A stretch of DNA of 64,000 nucleotides, taken from the NCBI GenBank assembly GCA_965637545.1, contig OZ281497.1, forward strand, positions 26,102,001-26,166,000, in the 5' to 3' direction. Made by a program: the position numbers and the translations under genes. The notes under the pieces were generated by a model. It ran no database searches. It was given only the letters and a program-made list of their open reading frames with translations, and had not been told where the DNA came from. This DNA is from Phallusia mammillata. Its lineage: Eukaryota. Shown in pieces: positions 24,721 to 37,849 of the stretch (the stretch's first letter is position 1; every line of letters starts with the position of its first letter).

Positions 24721-26819
24721 TTTTGTGGTTTATACACATTTGTGGCATTGAACAGATTTATTGAGGCAATAATGTTCTGCCTGTTACTTCCAAAAAACTG
24801 AAGGGGCCATTAGATGGCTACAATAACCCATGTGGCATATGTATTTTAATCAGCTGCACTGATGAGACCTTATAGGTCGAAACTGAGTGTACTGTCTACT
24901 TCTACAGCTTCTGTTTTCAAAATCCTAACTAGCAAATCACTTGGCTTTATACTGCACTCGGATATAATTTTCATAGTAGCCTACTGTTAGCTATAACATT
25001 ATTGTTAAAAAGCTTACATGAAGTGGTTTCCATATTTTGCAATTTGAAAAAAGAAGAACATTGTGCAGAAACTAAAGACCATTATGGCAGTTTTATTTTG
25101 ATTTATTTTTCAGAGCTCCTCTTTTTTGGTTTGCTTGGTAGACCTTTGGAATATTTTAGAAAAGAGCTTTTTGGCAAACGTGAACGACAAGACATAAACA
25201 AATAAATCTACGAATATTAAAACCTATTGAGTATTTTCTCTTTATCCATACCACCTTTCCGGATATAACATGTCAGAATATCACATGTCCTACTTTGGAA
25301 ACTTTTATAATGAGAATTATGGAAAAACTTTTGCAATACACAAAAAGTAATATTACACATGGTAGATGCATAAAACCGACCACACATGCTCAGTTTTGTC
25401 ATTTTCCTGCTCTTAAAGCACCCAGCTCAATTCAAGCACCCGGCAAGCGTGCAGTATTAATCAAGCGTGACGGTAATAATAGCTGGACTACCATGTTAGT
25501 ATACTATGGTTGCATAACATTGTGAGTCAAGGCTACGAGCGGGAAACATAGAAAACATAATAATAAGTACAATGGCGATGTAACATAGCCTTTAATTTAC
25601 GCTGACGGGTTGTTTTGCATATATGGTTGTAGCATTGTTCATCAAAAAACAGCACAGACAACAGTTGACAGGTAAACATTTGAGTCCGTCAGTAATAGAA
25701 TTGTAAGAACTACTATAGGATAGGCTACAATATATTAAACTCCAGTAATTAAGAGTTTCGGTAAAATGTGTTTGAAAATCATTTACGAAAATCTTGGCAC
25801 ATTTTATACAAAGCCAGATGACAAACACCCATTTAGTTTCTACCAACCTGAATTAAAAGCTCGATTAATTGCAATAATTCTGGTGTTCGGACAAAATGGA
25901 AGACGATAAATCGGGTGGTAGCAGTCGAGAGTAGATTATCATGATAGCAGCACAAATAAATACAGAGGATAATAGCAAAAGTGGCGACAAAAACGATAGC
26001 AGTTTGTGTTTTAAACAAACAGTCACGCTTTGGCAAACCCAAAATTCCTACGAAAAAATCGAAAACGTAATGTTTAAACCTCATGATCATACACAATTTT
26101 GAGTTAATAAGCGTAACATAACAGGCCTATATGGGCAAGTAAATTACGCATCTAAGAAGAATTTGAATCTGCAATATTAAATAGTCTAACATCGTAAAGA
26201 AATTGTCAAAATGCACAAAAATTAAATACTATTTTGAATGGCACAGACTGAGCTTAAGTTTTAAACGAAATTACAGCAATCAAACACACAACAACGTATT
26301 TATTCAAGGAAACATAAACGCATACAAGCACAGAAAAGTATTCACACAAATAAACTAAGATTTACATTTAAAGGTTAATGTAATAAATAAAATTTACAAT
26401 AAATAAATACTTCACAACAAAATAAACAACGTACGTGTTTGTATGATAGATAACGTTAGGCAGTAAATTTCCTATAACTCTACAAGTTCAGCAAGTACGA
26501 AAAAACTTAAATTACATTTGTGACAACTTGACTAGTTAGGAATTCGAACAGTAAATCGGAAAAAAGACATCAGAGTCAATATGTTGCCTGTGGTGGCGCT
26601 AGATGAACAGGGCTGTGATTTCGTGACAAATACGCACTAATGCTTTGCAGCGCAAGTGAGTTTGGTCTCAGATATTATTTCATGTTTCAGCATTGTTTTC
26701 TACACACCCAAGCCAGGCATCCATATCTGTTACGCTTAAGAATCATATGAGTCAATCAAAATCAACATTCAAGAGTTTTGTTTGGATTTGTTTAAAGTAA
26801 TGAAGTTTTTATTTCAGAT

Positions 26820-29800
26820 TTAGGACACAACTCTCCCTCGCGACTTTGATCTGATAAGATTCTTCCCTGCTTCTGTGAAGTTGTTTCCCCAAACACGCAA
26901 AACGCTGACGTTATGAACACATCGTGCCAACGAATCAGCACTTTTATCTGTCATGTTGTTTGAAGTCAGATCAAGAAATTCCATCTAAATAAAACAACTG
27001 ATAAGTGAATTCCATTTCATCACGTAACAGTATGTAACCAGTTTGATGACAGGACATCAAATCAAAAAATAAACACAAAAATAAATTTTATTTTACATTC
27101 AAACTAAGCTAGGTATTATTTCGCAAAATACACACAGTAGTGTTACATCGTTGCAACCAACAAAATATTTTTTCAGCTGTGCAGTATGTTGTTAACATCA
27201 GCAAATCACACGCACATTATCTCAGAACTGTTGTGCTTTGCCTTGCATTCTTTTTATTCTTTGTAAATTTTTAGCTGTTTTCCTTTCGCTTATGTCGCGA
27301 CTGACACTGCGAAGCGCCGGACATAGGTTTGAGAAACAAGTTTCTCACGTAGGCCGGGTTTAAGCTTTAGATTTTACATTGTCCACATTGAGATGCGATT
27401 GTTCTGTTCTAACACAATGTGTAAAAGTCAGAAAATATTTGACTAAAATAGAAATCTGTGCCCTTTGGGCCGATTTCGATTTTTCATTTGGGATTTTTAA
27501 ACACTGAATGGGAGAAGGAAAACACAGGACATACCCGTTTTGAGTTTATCAAACACGGCCATTCTGTTACGTATTGTACCCGGGTTTCAATTTATTAGAG
27601 CCGAATGTAAGTATTAAGAAAATGAACGGCACTCTAGAGGGAGTACGAGTATTGTGCGAAATGAATTTGCAGCTTTAGGTTCATGACCAATGTGTTCCCT
27701 TTGATGCATTTCGCAATGAGACAATGTGGGGTACATAAGGTCATTTTTAAACGCGCACGAGGCCAGCCCACACATAAAACTTTACATAAAAGTTTTTAGA
27801 TTCTGATCTGTGTCAGAAAGCGTCACGTGACTTTAAAATAAAAACAATGTGCTAGTAGGCAAGTGGCTGCTTCATTTGAGATGTTTGGTTTGGACCATAA
27901 GCCATTAAAACAAAGATCACCGTATCGCTTTGACACATTTTGTCCATTTTAAAGTTGATAGTTTGTATGAAAACGGATTAAACCATGATGCTATTATTTG
28001 AACCCCATACAGTTATCCTATGGCAGTGTGTTACAGCACAGACAAGATTGGAGCATTCTTAGGATGTGCGCGAACAACCGCTTTTCTTTTGTAACATGTA
28101 CAAGCATTGCTCGGCTTTAGGAGGTCCAGTCGAGTTCAAAGTGGGGGTTAATCACGCAAAGAAAAAAACAGCTTCAAATTTGCAAGAAATTATAGGGTAA
28201 GGCCCTCCGCTAAACGGGCCTTTTTTGCAGTGAAACAGAAACTAATTTAAATGCCTACTCCGGGTGTAATTCCGTTTAACCCCCGTCTTCCTAACAATAA
28301 TGCTCAACTTTTTAAAAAATCAAAAACTGCAACTAGTTCCTATTTTTGATAACCAGAAAGGTTTTTGAGAGATTATAGCGATATTTTATACGTATGGGCA
28401 GATCAATAAAAAATGCTACTGGCACATTCACAGTTTTCGTCGATAGGTAAAACAACTTAAGGGCTGCTACATGAAGTTGTATAGCATTTGTCATAGTGAA
28501 AAATCCTCCAATGTCAACTGTGAAGTTGCTAAAGCAGTTTTTGCCATTTGTTAATGCATGCGTGTTGTCCCAATCGGACGTTGTGCGGGAAAAAAAATTC
28601 GTGTATATTGTATAGACTAGTGTTTCCCAACCTATGGGTCGCTTGTTTTAGTATATAAGAACATCTACTTTTCGATTTCGCCTTGTAGCGTTATTTTTAT
28701 ATATTTCCCAAAGCTTTAAGTTGTTGCCAAACAATAACTTCATCACAACTTGTCGTGATAATGGTTAAAACTGTTTGTGACGTCATAAAGTGATGTGTTA
28801 GCTCACACTTAAGCGTTGTCTGGCTAAAAATTCTTCGATTCAGCTCTAAGTCCTGCTTAAATAAAAATGTTTAGTCAAAAACAACAACACTATTTGTTCG
28901 TTATAAGGTTATTGATTTGCTACACTTGCGTAGTAATTTTTAAAAAGCTTTCCGAATTCACAGACAAAAATTCAACTAAAATAGGGTCGCGAGAAACCAC
29001 TAAATAAAAAGTAAGTATTTGGGTCGCGTCAAACAAGGTTGGGAACCACCGGTATAGACTACAGCATTTTCTGGAAGTATAACGCGCTTTAGAGTAGAAG
29101 AACGAAAGAAATATTTATGCGGTTTGATTTGTGATGTTGATGTTAAACTGTTAATCCGTCATTAAGGAAAGCAAATGCGATCTTTCATGGAATGATGTAA
29201 ATTAATCGTTAGGAGACAAAATTTACTGCTTACACTTATTCAAGGTCTAAAAACAAACATTACAGAAGAGTTTAATAATGCTGTTATCAGCGGAAAAAAT
29301 GAGTTATTTTTTTCAAATTATCACAAAAACCTAAACACTCCATGCGTATCCTGCATGCAATTAGATTATTCTCGACCACGTAATCATGCAAAACATCAAA
29401 ATATTTTTTTTCGCAAGACTGTTCACGCGCATGCACAAACTTACTTACAGGTTTTTTCAGTTGCAGTACAGAATCGCAGAGATGTCTGACACCTTCACTT
29501 CCGATGTCACAACTCCCCAGACCTACCTTCCCGACTTTGTCAAGGCAAAGGGCCAATAAAGATGCAGCACCCACATCACCGATATCGTTGTAGGAGAGGT
29601 CGAGGCTCTTCAGCTGATGTTAAAGCAAAATATCACATGTCAATTCTTAACATAGCAAACGTGCGAAATCAACATAGTGACGTTTGCAAGGTTAATACAG
29701 GCTAATTTACTAAAGATTTCTGTAGTCTAAACAATGATTTTCATTTTCAAGATTCGTACAGGTTCATGCTTTTGCATTTGTGTAGCGCTTCTTGTAGAAA

Positions 29801-32800
29801 TGATGATATAACATCACAAATGTAGGCACTTGGGTCGTTACATTTTGTTGTAAAATTACGCTTGTTTGGGACTTTGGTTTCTAATATTTCTGACACGGAA
29901 TGTGCTAATTTTCGGGATCATGTTCTGAGTAGCTATTTTACGTAAACTTTGAAGAGGAGATAAGTAATGCTACATGCAACGTTATTTTGCATGTGTTGTT
30001 TTATAATCATGTGAGCAGTGACGAGTTAACATAAAAAAATTCGTAGGGGGCGTCGAAATTTATTCTAACTTACAATAAAAATCTGCTGGAAGAGAAATAT
30101 TTGTAAAACCGCAGACATTTTGGAACACATATCACACAATCAAATCAAAATTATTCGAATGCAAAGTTTATTTGACTGACCACTTAGCACAAAAATGCTT
30201 AGAAAATAATTCCGATCCCAGCGTATGCTGTGTCTCGACATGGAATAAATAACTGATGTTACTACTTTCATTTAGGTAATTAGATTAAAATGTTGGCAAA
30301 TATTATTTTAACAAACAATACCGGAGTAGTGAAACGTTTCAAAAATGGTTGTCAGCAATCCTAAGACAAACAAATGGCACCCCAGGGAGAAACATAAAAA
30401 ATACTTTGCGTATTACAGTATCAAATATAAATATTCTGACCCACGTGATCACATAAAAAAACTAAGTAAAACTTTCTGGACACTGTTCACCTACATACGA
30501 ATGCCTAAATTACTTACAGGTGTTTTCAGTTGCAGTACAGAATCACAGAGTTGTCTGATTCCTTCGCTTTTGATGTCGCATATCCGCAGCGCCAGCACTT
30601 CAATGTTGTAAAGACAACAAGCCAACGAATTTGCACCCAGATCGCCAATCTTGTTGTCTGAGAGGTCGAGCTTCTGCAGCTGATGTTGAATTAACAACAA
30701 GCACATGTTAACACACAACAAACCAGACATTGCAATGACACACAATATAACAGTGGCCAATTCTGACCTTCAAACAATAGATGCTTTCGTTTATTTTATT
30801 TTTTGAATAATTTGTAAGTTTTATGGTAGGATTTTTCAAAACTTTCAAGCATGCGACGCAATAACACACTATTTTTTTGTTCCGCGACACACCTGGCAGC
30901 AATACAAAAGTTGTAAGAAAGTAAGTTAATTTGCGACTCTATTGTGGTTGATAAGATTGCTTTTGATGACAGCTAAAAAAGAATAAGCTTTTAAACGTTG
31001 TAATGTGCGCATGTTTTTCGTTATAAGTCTTATATAACCAGACTTGGACAACTAGATTTTTTTTCGGTTTTTCAAATTAGATTAGAATTAAAATTAGAGC
31101 ATCTCCTTTTTTACAAATTAGATTAGAATTAGAATTAGAATTTTCTCAAAATCTAGAAATTAAACTAGAATTCAAACTAGAATTAGATTTAAGCCAACCA
31201 ACTTTAGTTTGTTTGCACATTTAAAACAACACGATTCGGTGCATCTAAAACGTGTTTAAACGGAGCAGAGTGCCAAATTTCACTGATAAACGTGTTTCAG
31301 TGATGTTATTTGGTCTTGTTAATTGCATGGTTTTGTGAGCTTTGGTTAAAAAATGCGTGCTCAGGTCACATGCCTAAAAGTGCCGTTGGACAAACTAGCG
31401 ATTTTGGGAAAACTGTGAATTAGATTAGAATTAGAATTAGAGCTTACTCGATAACTCTAAATTAGATTAGAACTAGAATTACCGCCATTTTGCTCTAATT
31501 TGCCCAACTAGACAACTAGAATTATCTAGTTGTCCAAGTCTGTATATAACACCACAATATACAAGCTTTTGCTGTCAGTCATAGTTTGTAGAGTTTTTCT
31601 GGCAAATGTAATTTTATTCCGACGTTTCGACGTCCTATACAGGTCGTCTTCATAAGGATAAATAACACTAAACGCGACGAGTGCAGTGTACGATAAACAA
31701 AGGTAAAGAGAATGGAACGCAAGCACGTAACAAAGCAACGAAAACGCCGCGCGATAACGAGTGATTGGGTCACTAATCATTAAGCAGGCGCCTGTAGCAC
31801 TCTGAAAGCATCACGTCCGTTTTGATGTTCATTGTGTTGCTGTTGCCCCGTTGATGAATTTTCCATGACTCACGAAATTGTCTTTCCCTGTAGTCAGGCT
31901 CCTTGGATCCAACAGACGCCGCATTAAAATTACAATCACAAGGCCACCGTATTGATTTCAATGTTCCGTCTGTTGTGGCCCGGAAGCCTGACTACAGGAA
32001 ACGAATAGTTCGTGAGTCATGGAATATTCACCAACGGGGCAACACAATGAATATCAAAACAAAAGTGCTTTCAGCGTGCGCTGCACTGGTCGCATTGAGT
32101 GTAATTTTCCCTGATGAAGACGACCTCTACAGGACGTCGAAACGTAGGAATAAAAAAATGTGGTTGTTTTTGAATTTTTTTATTTGATATGATTTGTTAA
32201 TTTCACAGCAATAAATATTTGTGTCCATTTTTTTGTAGTATAACTCAAATAGCAAAGGTTTTGAATGGTCAGAATGTTGCGTTATAACAGAGTCCATGTT
32301 TCAAATAAAAATATTCTGACCCACGTGTTACGTAAACTAATAAAAAACTTTCTAGAAATTGTTCACGTACATGGATATATTACTTACAGGCGTCTTTAGT
32401 TGCAGTACGGATTCGCAGAGTTGCCTGACTCCTTCACTTCCGATGTCGCATCTCCACAGCACAAGCATTTCGATTTTGTGAAGACAACGAGCCAACGAAT
32501 TTGCACCCAGATCACCAATCTTGTTGCGGGAGAGGTCGAGTATCTTGAGCTGATTAAATTAAAAACAAGCAAATGTTAACACATAACACAGCAGGCAGAG
32601 AAACATCACACAATATTACACTGAGCAATTATGATCTTTAAAAAGTAGGTGCTTCCATTTATCTTTCAAACAATTTGTAACGTGGTTAACAAGCCATAGC
32701 TAAAATTCTCTCAGGTAATGCGCATTATTTAAATAATACGCATTACCACAAGTCAAAACTTGCATACGCGTCTTTTATGACATACAGGACATTTTAAGTC

Positions 32801-35648
32801 GCTAAATTCAAAAACATCGCAAAACTTGAAAACAGAATTAGTTTGTTACTAATTTGGTAGAAAATAAAACTGTCGGTCATATATCACACAAAAAATAACT
32901 TTACCTACTCCCGCGATCTGTGCCTAATATTTGCAGTCAATACAGTAAAGGGTAAATGTGCATTTTGCACCATGAGATATACCTTTAAAATCATGTTTAA
33001 ATTTTGTGATACGCAAAAAATGCAACGCATAATTATATTTACTGCCATTATTGCCCTAAACAGAGTTTTTAAACTTTAATTATGTGCAGGAAATCATGTT
33101 GAATAATTTAACGAGATAGGTACAATATATTTTTCAAATTAAGGTTGCAAACTTTTGCATTCACCCGATTGAAACATTGTTTGTTACAGCGCAAATTAAA
33201 TCCAGTTTTGCTATTTGAATCGACCAGGTTGTCATTCGTAATCGAAATCCTAATTACAGTAATACCGGGTTGGATCTGTGTTGAAGCACAAAGGAATGGT
33301 TTTCGACGTCATCAGGAAGAAGAGATGAATCACTGAGGTCGAGCTCATCAGGAAGTAAGGAGGCGAAAGACATAGCAATTTGCAGATCATTCATCTCATG
33401 AGCCCAGCTAAACACTCGACCATCTCTTGTTATGCTGTTACCGGTCAAGAATTCGGTTAACAAGACTTTCTTTAGTAACCAATCTTCACTGGAAGTTGCA
33501 TCGACAAGGCTTTCAAGAGTATTAAAAACCGAAGAATCACAGATTCCGAAGACAAATTTGGAAACAACTTCCCATCTGTCCTCAGTTAGTTGCTTCAGTT
33601 GCTTTTCAAATTTCGTGAAGGGCATGATGATCATCATGTAGAAAGCGGCAAAAAATTCCTGCCAGGTGAGGTGAGAAAAGTATCTTATTTTGTGTCCGTC
33701 TAATATCGTCAGCTTCAGATTCACTTGCTTTGTTACTGATGTGGTAAGGAAGGCGTCGGCTGTGGAAGATTTAATTCCAGCTTTTTTAAAGTTCTTGTCT
33801 TTATATACCAATTTGCCTTTAAGAAATGTATCCCAAGCCATTTTGGCCAGTTTGTCCAATTCGCATTCTTGGCCCTGGAGATGATCTGTTGTTACGTATT
33901 GGCTACAAGTAAAAGCAAAAACCCGCGTGAGCGAAACAAACTGAATATCTCCATCGTAACTCATCAGGTAGTTGAGTGTCAATATGAAATTTGCAGGAAC
34001 ATAGCAGTACGCAAATACATAAGGATTTTGGGTCAGTTTTTGATGTATCTCATTATATTTTTCGCCACATAGCTGACGTCCGAGTTCATTCCGTGATGTT
34101 TGAGTTAAACCAAGTATCTGGACTATAAACTTAGGTCGGTATGATGGATGGAGCTTGTATAGTTGAGCTGGACGTGATGTAAAAATCTTTCGAGCACGTG
34201 GAAGCAAGTTTCCTGCAGCCAAATGCTTCAAATAACATTCTGCAGAGTTTTTTCCATGTAATATTGGTTTCGAAACCGAACTTGAAAATGATTCGAATGC
34301 TGCCTCATCTAAACCATCGAAAATGATTAAAACATGAGAATCACTGCAAATAGCAGTAAGTATAATGTTTGCCTCGTCAGGTGTGCAGTTCCATTCTGAC
34401 AACATTGCGGAAATGAGAAACTGAAGGAGTGTCATTTTTGCTGTGAAGTTAAGGAGCCTGATCACAATGTAAAAAACAAATGATACCCTTCCACACAATT
34501 GTCCATCTAACGCTTGCAGGGCCCACTTTTTAGCTGAAGTGGTTTTTCCTATTCCAGCTTGTCCAATCACACCAATTACATTTCCATGTTTTTCAATGTA
34601 GTTGTGCTTTGTCTCACTTTTGTTTGCTTTAAACTTCTTCTCCGCCTCTTGTTGTGCAATCTGTTTTGCACGAGAGAACATTTCTTCACCGGTAATGTCA
34701 CTTTCTGGTAAGTTGTAAAGTTCCTCTCTGCGGTGATAATGCCCTTCTGCTAAAAACTCGTCGTCAATTTGTTGTGGTTTGTTGACCATGGCAACAGGGA
34801 CGGGTTCTATGGCTTTGTCTAAAAACTCAGCTAGTGTCGATTCTTCACTGGCAGTAGCTCTGACTTCTCTCTTTAGTCGATACTTTAGTTGTTCACCTAA
34901 ACAAGAAAAAATTCTATGAAAAACAAATCGCATCACGCCAGTATGCTCTACGCAATATTATTGAACGGCAATTTTAAGTAGAATTGTATTTTTTAAATAA
35001 ACAAACAACTTGATCATACATATATCATTTTCTGTGACTTGTGTTGTTTGTTCATGTTGACTAGCTGAAGACCGAGCTGATGTAGAATGACTTCTCGATG
35101 TCCGAGGTTGTGTTGCAGTAGCACGGAGGTTTTCTGGTGCCGTTTCGAGTGATGAAGTCGACTGGTTGTGACATGTATGTGGTTGATGTGATGCAGACGG
35201 GGTTTCATCAAATGATTTTGGCGAGGTTTCTTCCTTCGTAGCAACTAGTGCAGGTGATTGTGTTGAAGTGTGGGGTTGTTCATGTATATGCTGAACTGTT
35301 TGTTGTTGTATAGAGTAGAAATGTTGATGAAGTTTTACTGGTGCGTTAAACACTGGTCCGGTTGTGTGGATGTTTGTGTCTCCAAACTGAGGCGCCTCTG
35401 CTTTATCCTGCAAATTCACGCACGTAATTAAATAAACAAATACTTTTCATTTTTTTAATTCTTACAATGTTTATAACTTTGTTTTCTTGACCGATTGGAC
35501 AAATTTGACTGGAGCTTGTTTGGGGTACAACTTCACTTGATTGTTCGAATGGGCTTGATTGTGGTAGAATGTCACCCAAGCTTGGGGTTGGGCTGGGCAC
35601 GGATGTAGCATTCTCAGATTCGGGCGTATTTGATGCGTCATCGGCCAT
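26820..35648 (-). CDS. NLR-B: NACHT-LRR receptor, 951 aa; exons complement(35466-35648, 35020-35407, 33266-34896, 32388-32549, 30518-30679, 29449-29613, 26820-26984)
   Basis: Walker A GQAGIGKTT, Walker B LIIFDGLDE, IFTSRP sensor and FSHLTWQEFFAA winged-helix motif lie in the 1631-nt exon. Three phase 0-0 RI-like LRR exons and a terminal LRR exon follow. Splice sites are GT/AG and the exons total 2856 nt in frame. Confidence 0.9.
28618..29051. mobile_element. hAT-type MITE in the last intron of NLR-B
   Basis: TIR TAGTGTTTCCCAACC / GGTTGGGAACCACCG and a perfect TSD GTATAGAC. Confidence 0.88.
31039..31542. mobile_element. hAT-type MITE with internal (TTAGAA/TTAGA)n arrays, in an NLR-B intron
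   Basis: Perfect 18-bp TIR CAGACTTGGACAACTAGA and TSD TATATAAC. The empty site is present in the paralogous intron at about 51474. Confidence 0.92.
31585..32160. mobile_element. Two inverted 3' fragments of a Penelope-like element in an NLR-B intron
   Basis: Both strands encode GIY-YIG C-terminal-like peptides (PDYRERQFRESWKIHQ...MNIKT..LSECYRRLL and PDYRKRIVRESWNIHQ..MNIKT), each followed by a hammerhead-like motif. Confidence 0.75.
32104..32152 (+). ncRNA. Minimal type-I hammerhead ribozyme motif (Penelope-associated)
   Basis: CUGAUGA at 32111-32117; stem II GACG-CCU/AGG-CGUC; GAAA at 32139-32142; palindromic ACGU stem III; GUA cleavage triplet at 32144-32146; stem I UUCC/GGAA. Confidence 0.65.
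33266..34896 (-). CDS. NACHT-domain exon of NLR-B
   Basis: Long ORF in the track (33254..34936). Acceptor tttag|GT at 34896 and donor CCG|gtatta at 33266 give phase 1 in, phase 0 out. Confidence 0.93.
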
Positions 35649-36165
35649 TTTTAGAAACAATAAAAACAGTCACCTATTTCCTGCATGACGAAAACAACAA
35701 TTTGGCTCTATGACTACGTTTAACAATGGTGATGGCCTTATTTCGAAACGTGTTTGGTGACTATAGCCTTTTTTAAGGAAATTAAGAATTAAAAGCAAAC
35801 TCACAAAACATCATACTAGTTCGTAACAAGTATTGTAACATTACCACTCAACTTACAGAAAGTTTCATCTTGGCAGTACCTTTTTTCACAAAAAAAGGTT
35901 TACATTTGTTCAGTGGTTTTACAAAAGAAACAAATCCCTTGAAACCATGCAGTTAGTGTGGCAACCAATAGGAAGTCAGGCCATGGTGGCAACTCTCCAC
36001 GTTATATCATTGAGAATCGGTAAGCTTCTCAAAAATTGGTTTGTCGCTTAAACGTATTCGGAGGTTTGTGACAAGAAATCGTCCACTGTAGTATTCAGTT
36101 CGTGATACAATGCAAATGAAGACAATATCAAATGTATTTTAAGAATGTGATTAGCCTATACCAAT

Positions 36166-36189
36166 CAATACAATACAATACAATACAAT
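36166..36189 (+). repeat. (CAATA)n microsatellite
   Basis: Directly visible. Confidence 0.8.
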
Positions 36190-37837
36190 GTAGAATGAAA
36201 CTTAGAAGTGACCAATTTGTCTGTAAAGAAGTATAAAGTATTGTATGCCCTTATGGTGCATTTTTGAACAGGGATAAATAATGAACAGAATAAGCACAGA
36301 CAATAAATTCTCTAATTAGGATCAAATGAAAACAAAAAATGGCGCATGGGCCCCTTTCTCCGCTTAACAATGACCAATATTTGTGAGTTCATATTTCAGT
36401 AAAAACCACGAACAACATGAGCAACAATCAAAAAACGACCAATGACATTTCTAACAACGCTTATTATCGCCATTCTTATCGCGGTTTATTCCTACTCGCT
36501 AAAACATGGAAATCAGAAGCAAAGAAGATATATTTTATAGCATTACGGCTTGATGCGTAAAAGGAAAACACCCCTAATAAAATGCTATGATTTGAAAGGT
36601 GGTATTACATTTATTTTAGGTGGAGGATAGCAAATTCAAGATAAAGTGTGAAAAAGACATGCACCAAAACCAACTACTTCACAAATACGATGAACAGGTC
36701 TAATTTTGAAACGCAACAGATTTATTAGAAAGAACGTGGTTTGCAAGATAGCCTAAATCACACACAAATCTGTGCAGGACAAACGTACCAGAGTGGAAAA
36801 AGTTTAAGCCCGAAACCGAAGGCCAAAACTGGGCCTATAATTAGGATTAACGAAACCAGTCGACACGTCCATATAAAAATCTATATGAATGAACGACTGA
36901 GCCAACCAATCAATGCGCATCTTGTTCGCATGCACAAAGAAAATAAAATGTCAACGCTTATGTGTCAGTGATGGAATTCAAGCCAATTCTTGTCAGCAAG
37001 AAGGAAGATAAGGCAAGACAACGCGACAAGTCATAATGTCGCTGCGAAATCAAATCGTTAGACGCTTTGCGGTGACTTTGTCGATGAAACGTTTAGCAGA
37101 CATCATGGTGCAGTTTGGAGCGTATAAATTAGCCAAGTTTAGCAGCTTTGCCCTTGCTAATATTTTAGCCCACAGTTTGTTCCCCACTCTGTTCCCCCCC
37201 AACCTGCTTTAAAACTAAAACCGCTACAAAATCTCATAATTGTCAAAAGGCTGCGGCTGTTTCACCTCGACATAACGCTGTAATCAAACGAATACAAATA
37301 AAGGGGCATTTAAGGCGACAGCAGACAAACCCAGCGAATTTTCAAATTAAAGTTAGCGTAAAATTTTGTACTTCTTACATTTTTCCTGTAATTTGGAACA
37401 ATTCTATGGAAACGAAAAGTTGACAAACAAAGCGTATTTTTTATTGGACCATTGTTGTGTACTTGCGTATTTATGATTGCTATTAGCTAATACAATGGCA
37501 ACCCACACGCAATCAGGCTTTGCAAACTAGCGAAGCACCGAACCGACTTTTGTTAAAGTCGTAAACTACACGTTTGACATGAAATCATAAGTATTTTTTC
37601 TGCCAGGTAGTTTTATGGGGTGTAATGTTGTGTCGGCCATGGTTTAAGGTCGCCAACGAATTATTTGACCGAAAGTGAATCTGTGTAAAAATAGCCGACT
37701 CGGCCGAATAAATTCGCCAATCGAACATTCAGTGCATCTCTACTGCAAACATTACAAAATCGTTTTTGATCTACATTGTGCTGACTTATCAGTGGTGTAC
37801 ATTTGTGCTGTACAAATGTGAAGTGATTGCACCACGA

Positions 37838-37849
37838 GAAAATGAAAGT
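37838..37849. promoter_or_regulatory. ISRE/IRF-like site GAAAATGAAAGT upstream of NLR-B (same site at 57354-57365 upstream of NLR-C)
   Basis: Matches GAAANNGAAA(G/C)T and is conserved in both paralogs. Confidence 0.35.

Noticed and set aside
25860-26040. Hydrophobic ORFs downstream of NLR-B and NLR-C (44568-44924)
   Set aside because: A 1-nt indel breaks frame conservation between the paralogs, and no domain is recognisable.
31060-31520. TTAGA(A) arrays as telomeric or CRISPR-like repeats
   Set aside because: They are internal repeats of a TIR/TSD-bounded MITE. No regular repeat-spacer array, tRNA or rRNA gene was seen in the window.
36442-36540. Divergent small hydrophobic ORF MTFLTTLIIAILIAV... 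(paralog 55999-56103)
   Set aside because: The reading frames diverge between paralogs both before and after the shared MTFLTT..IAI stretch, consistent with non-coding homology.
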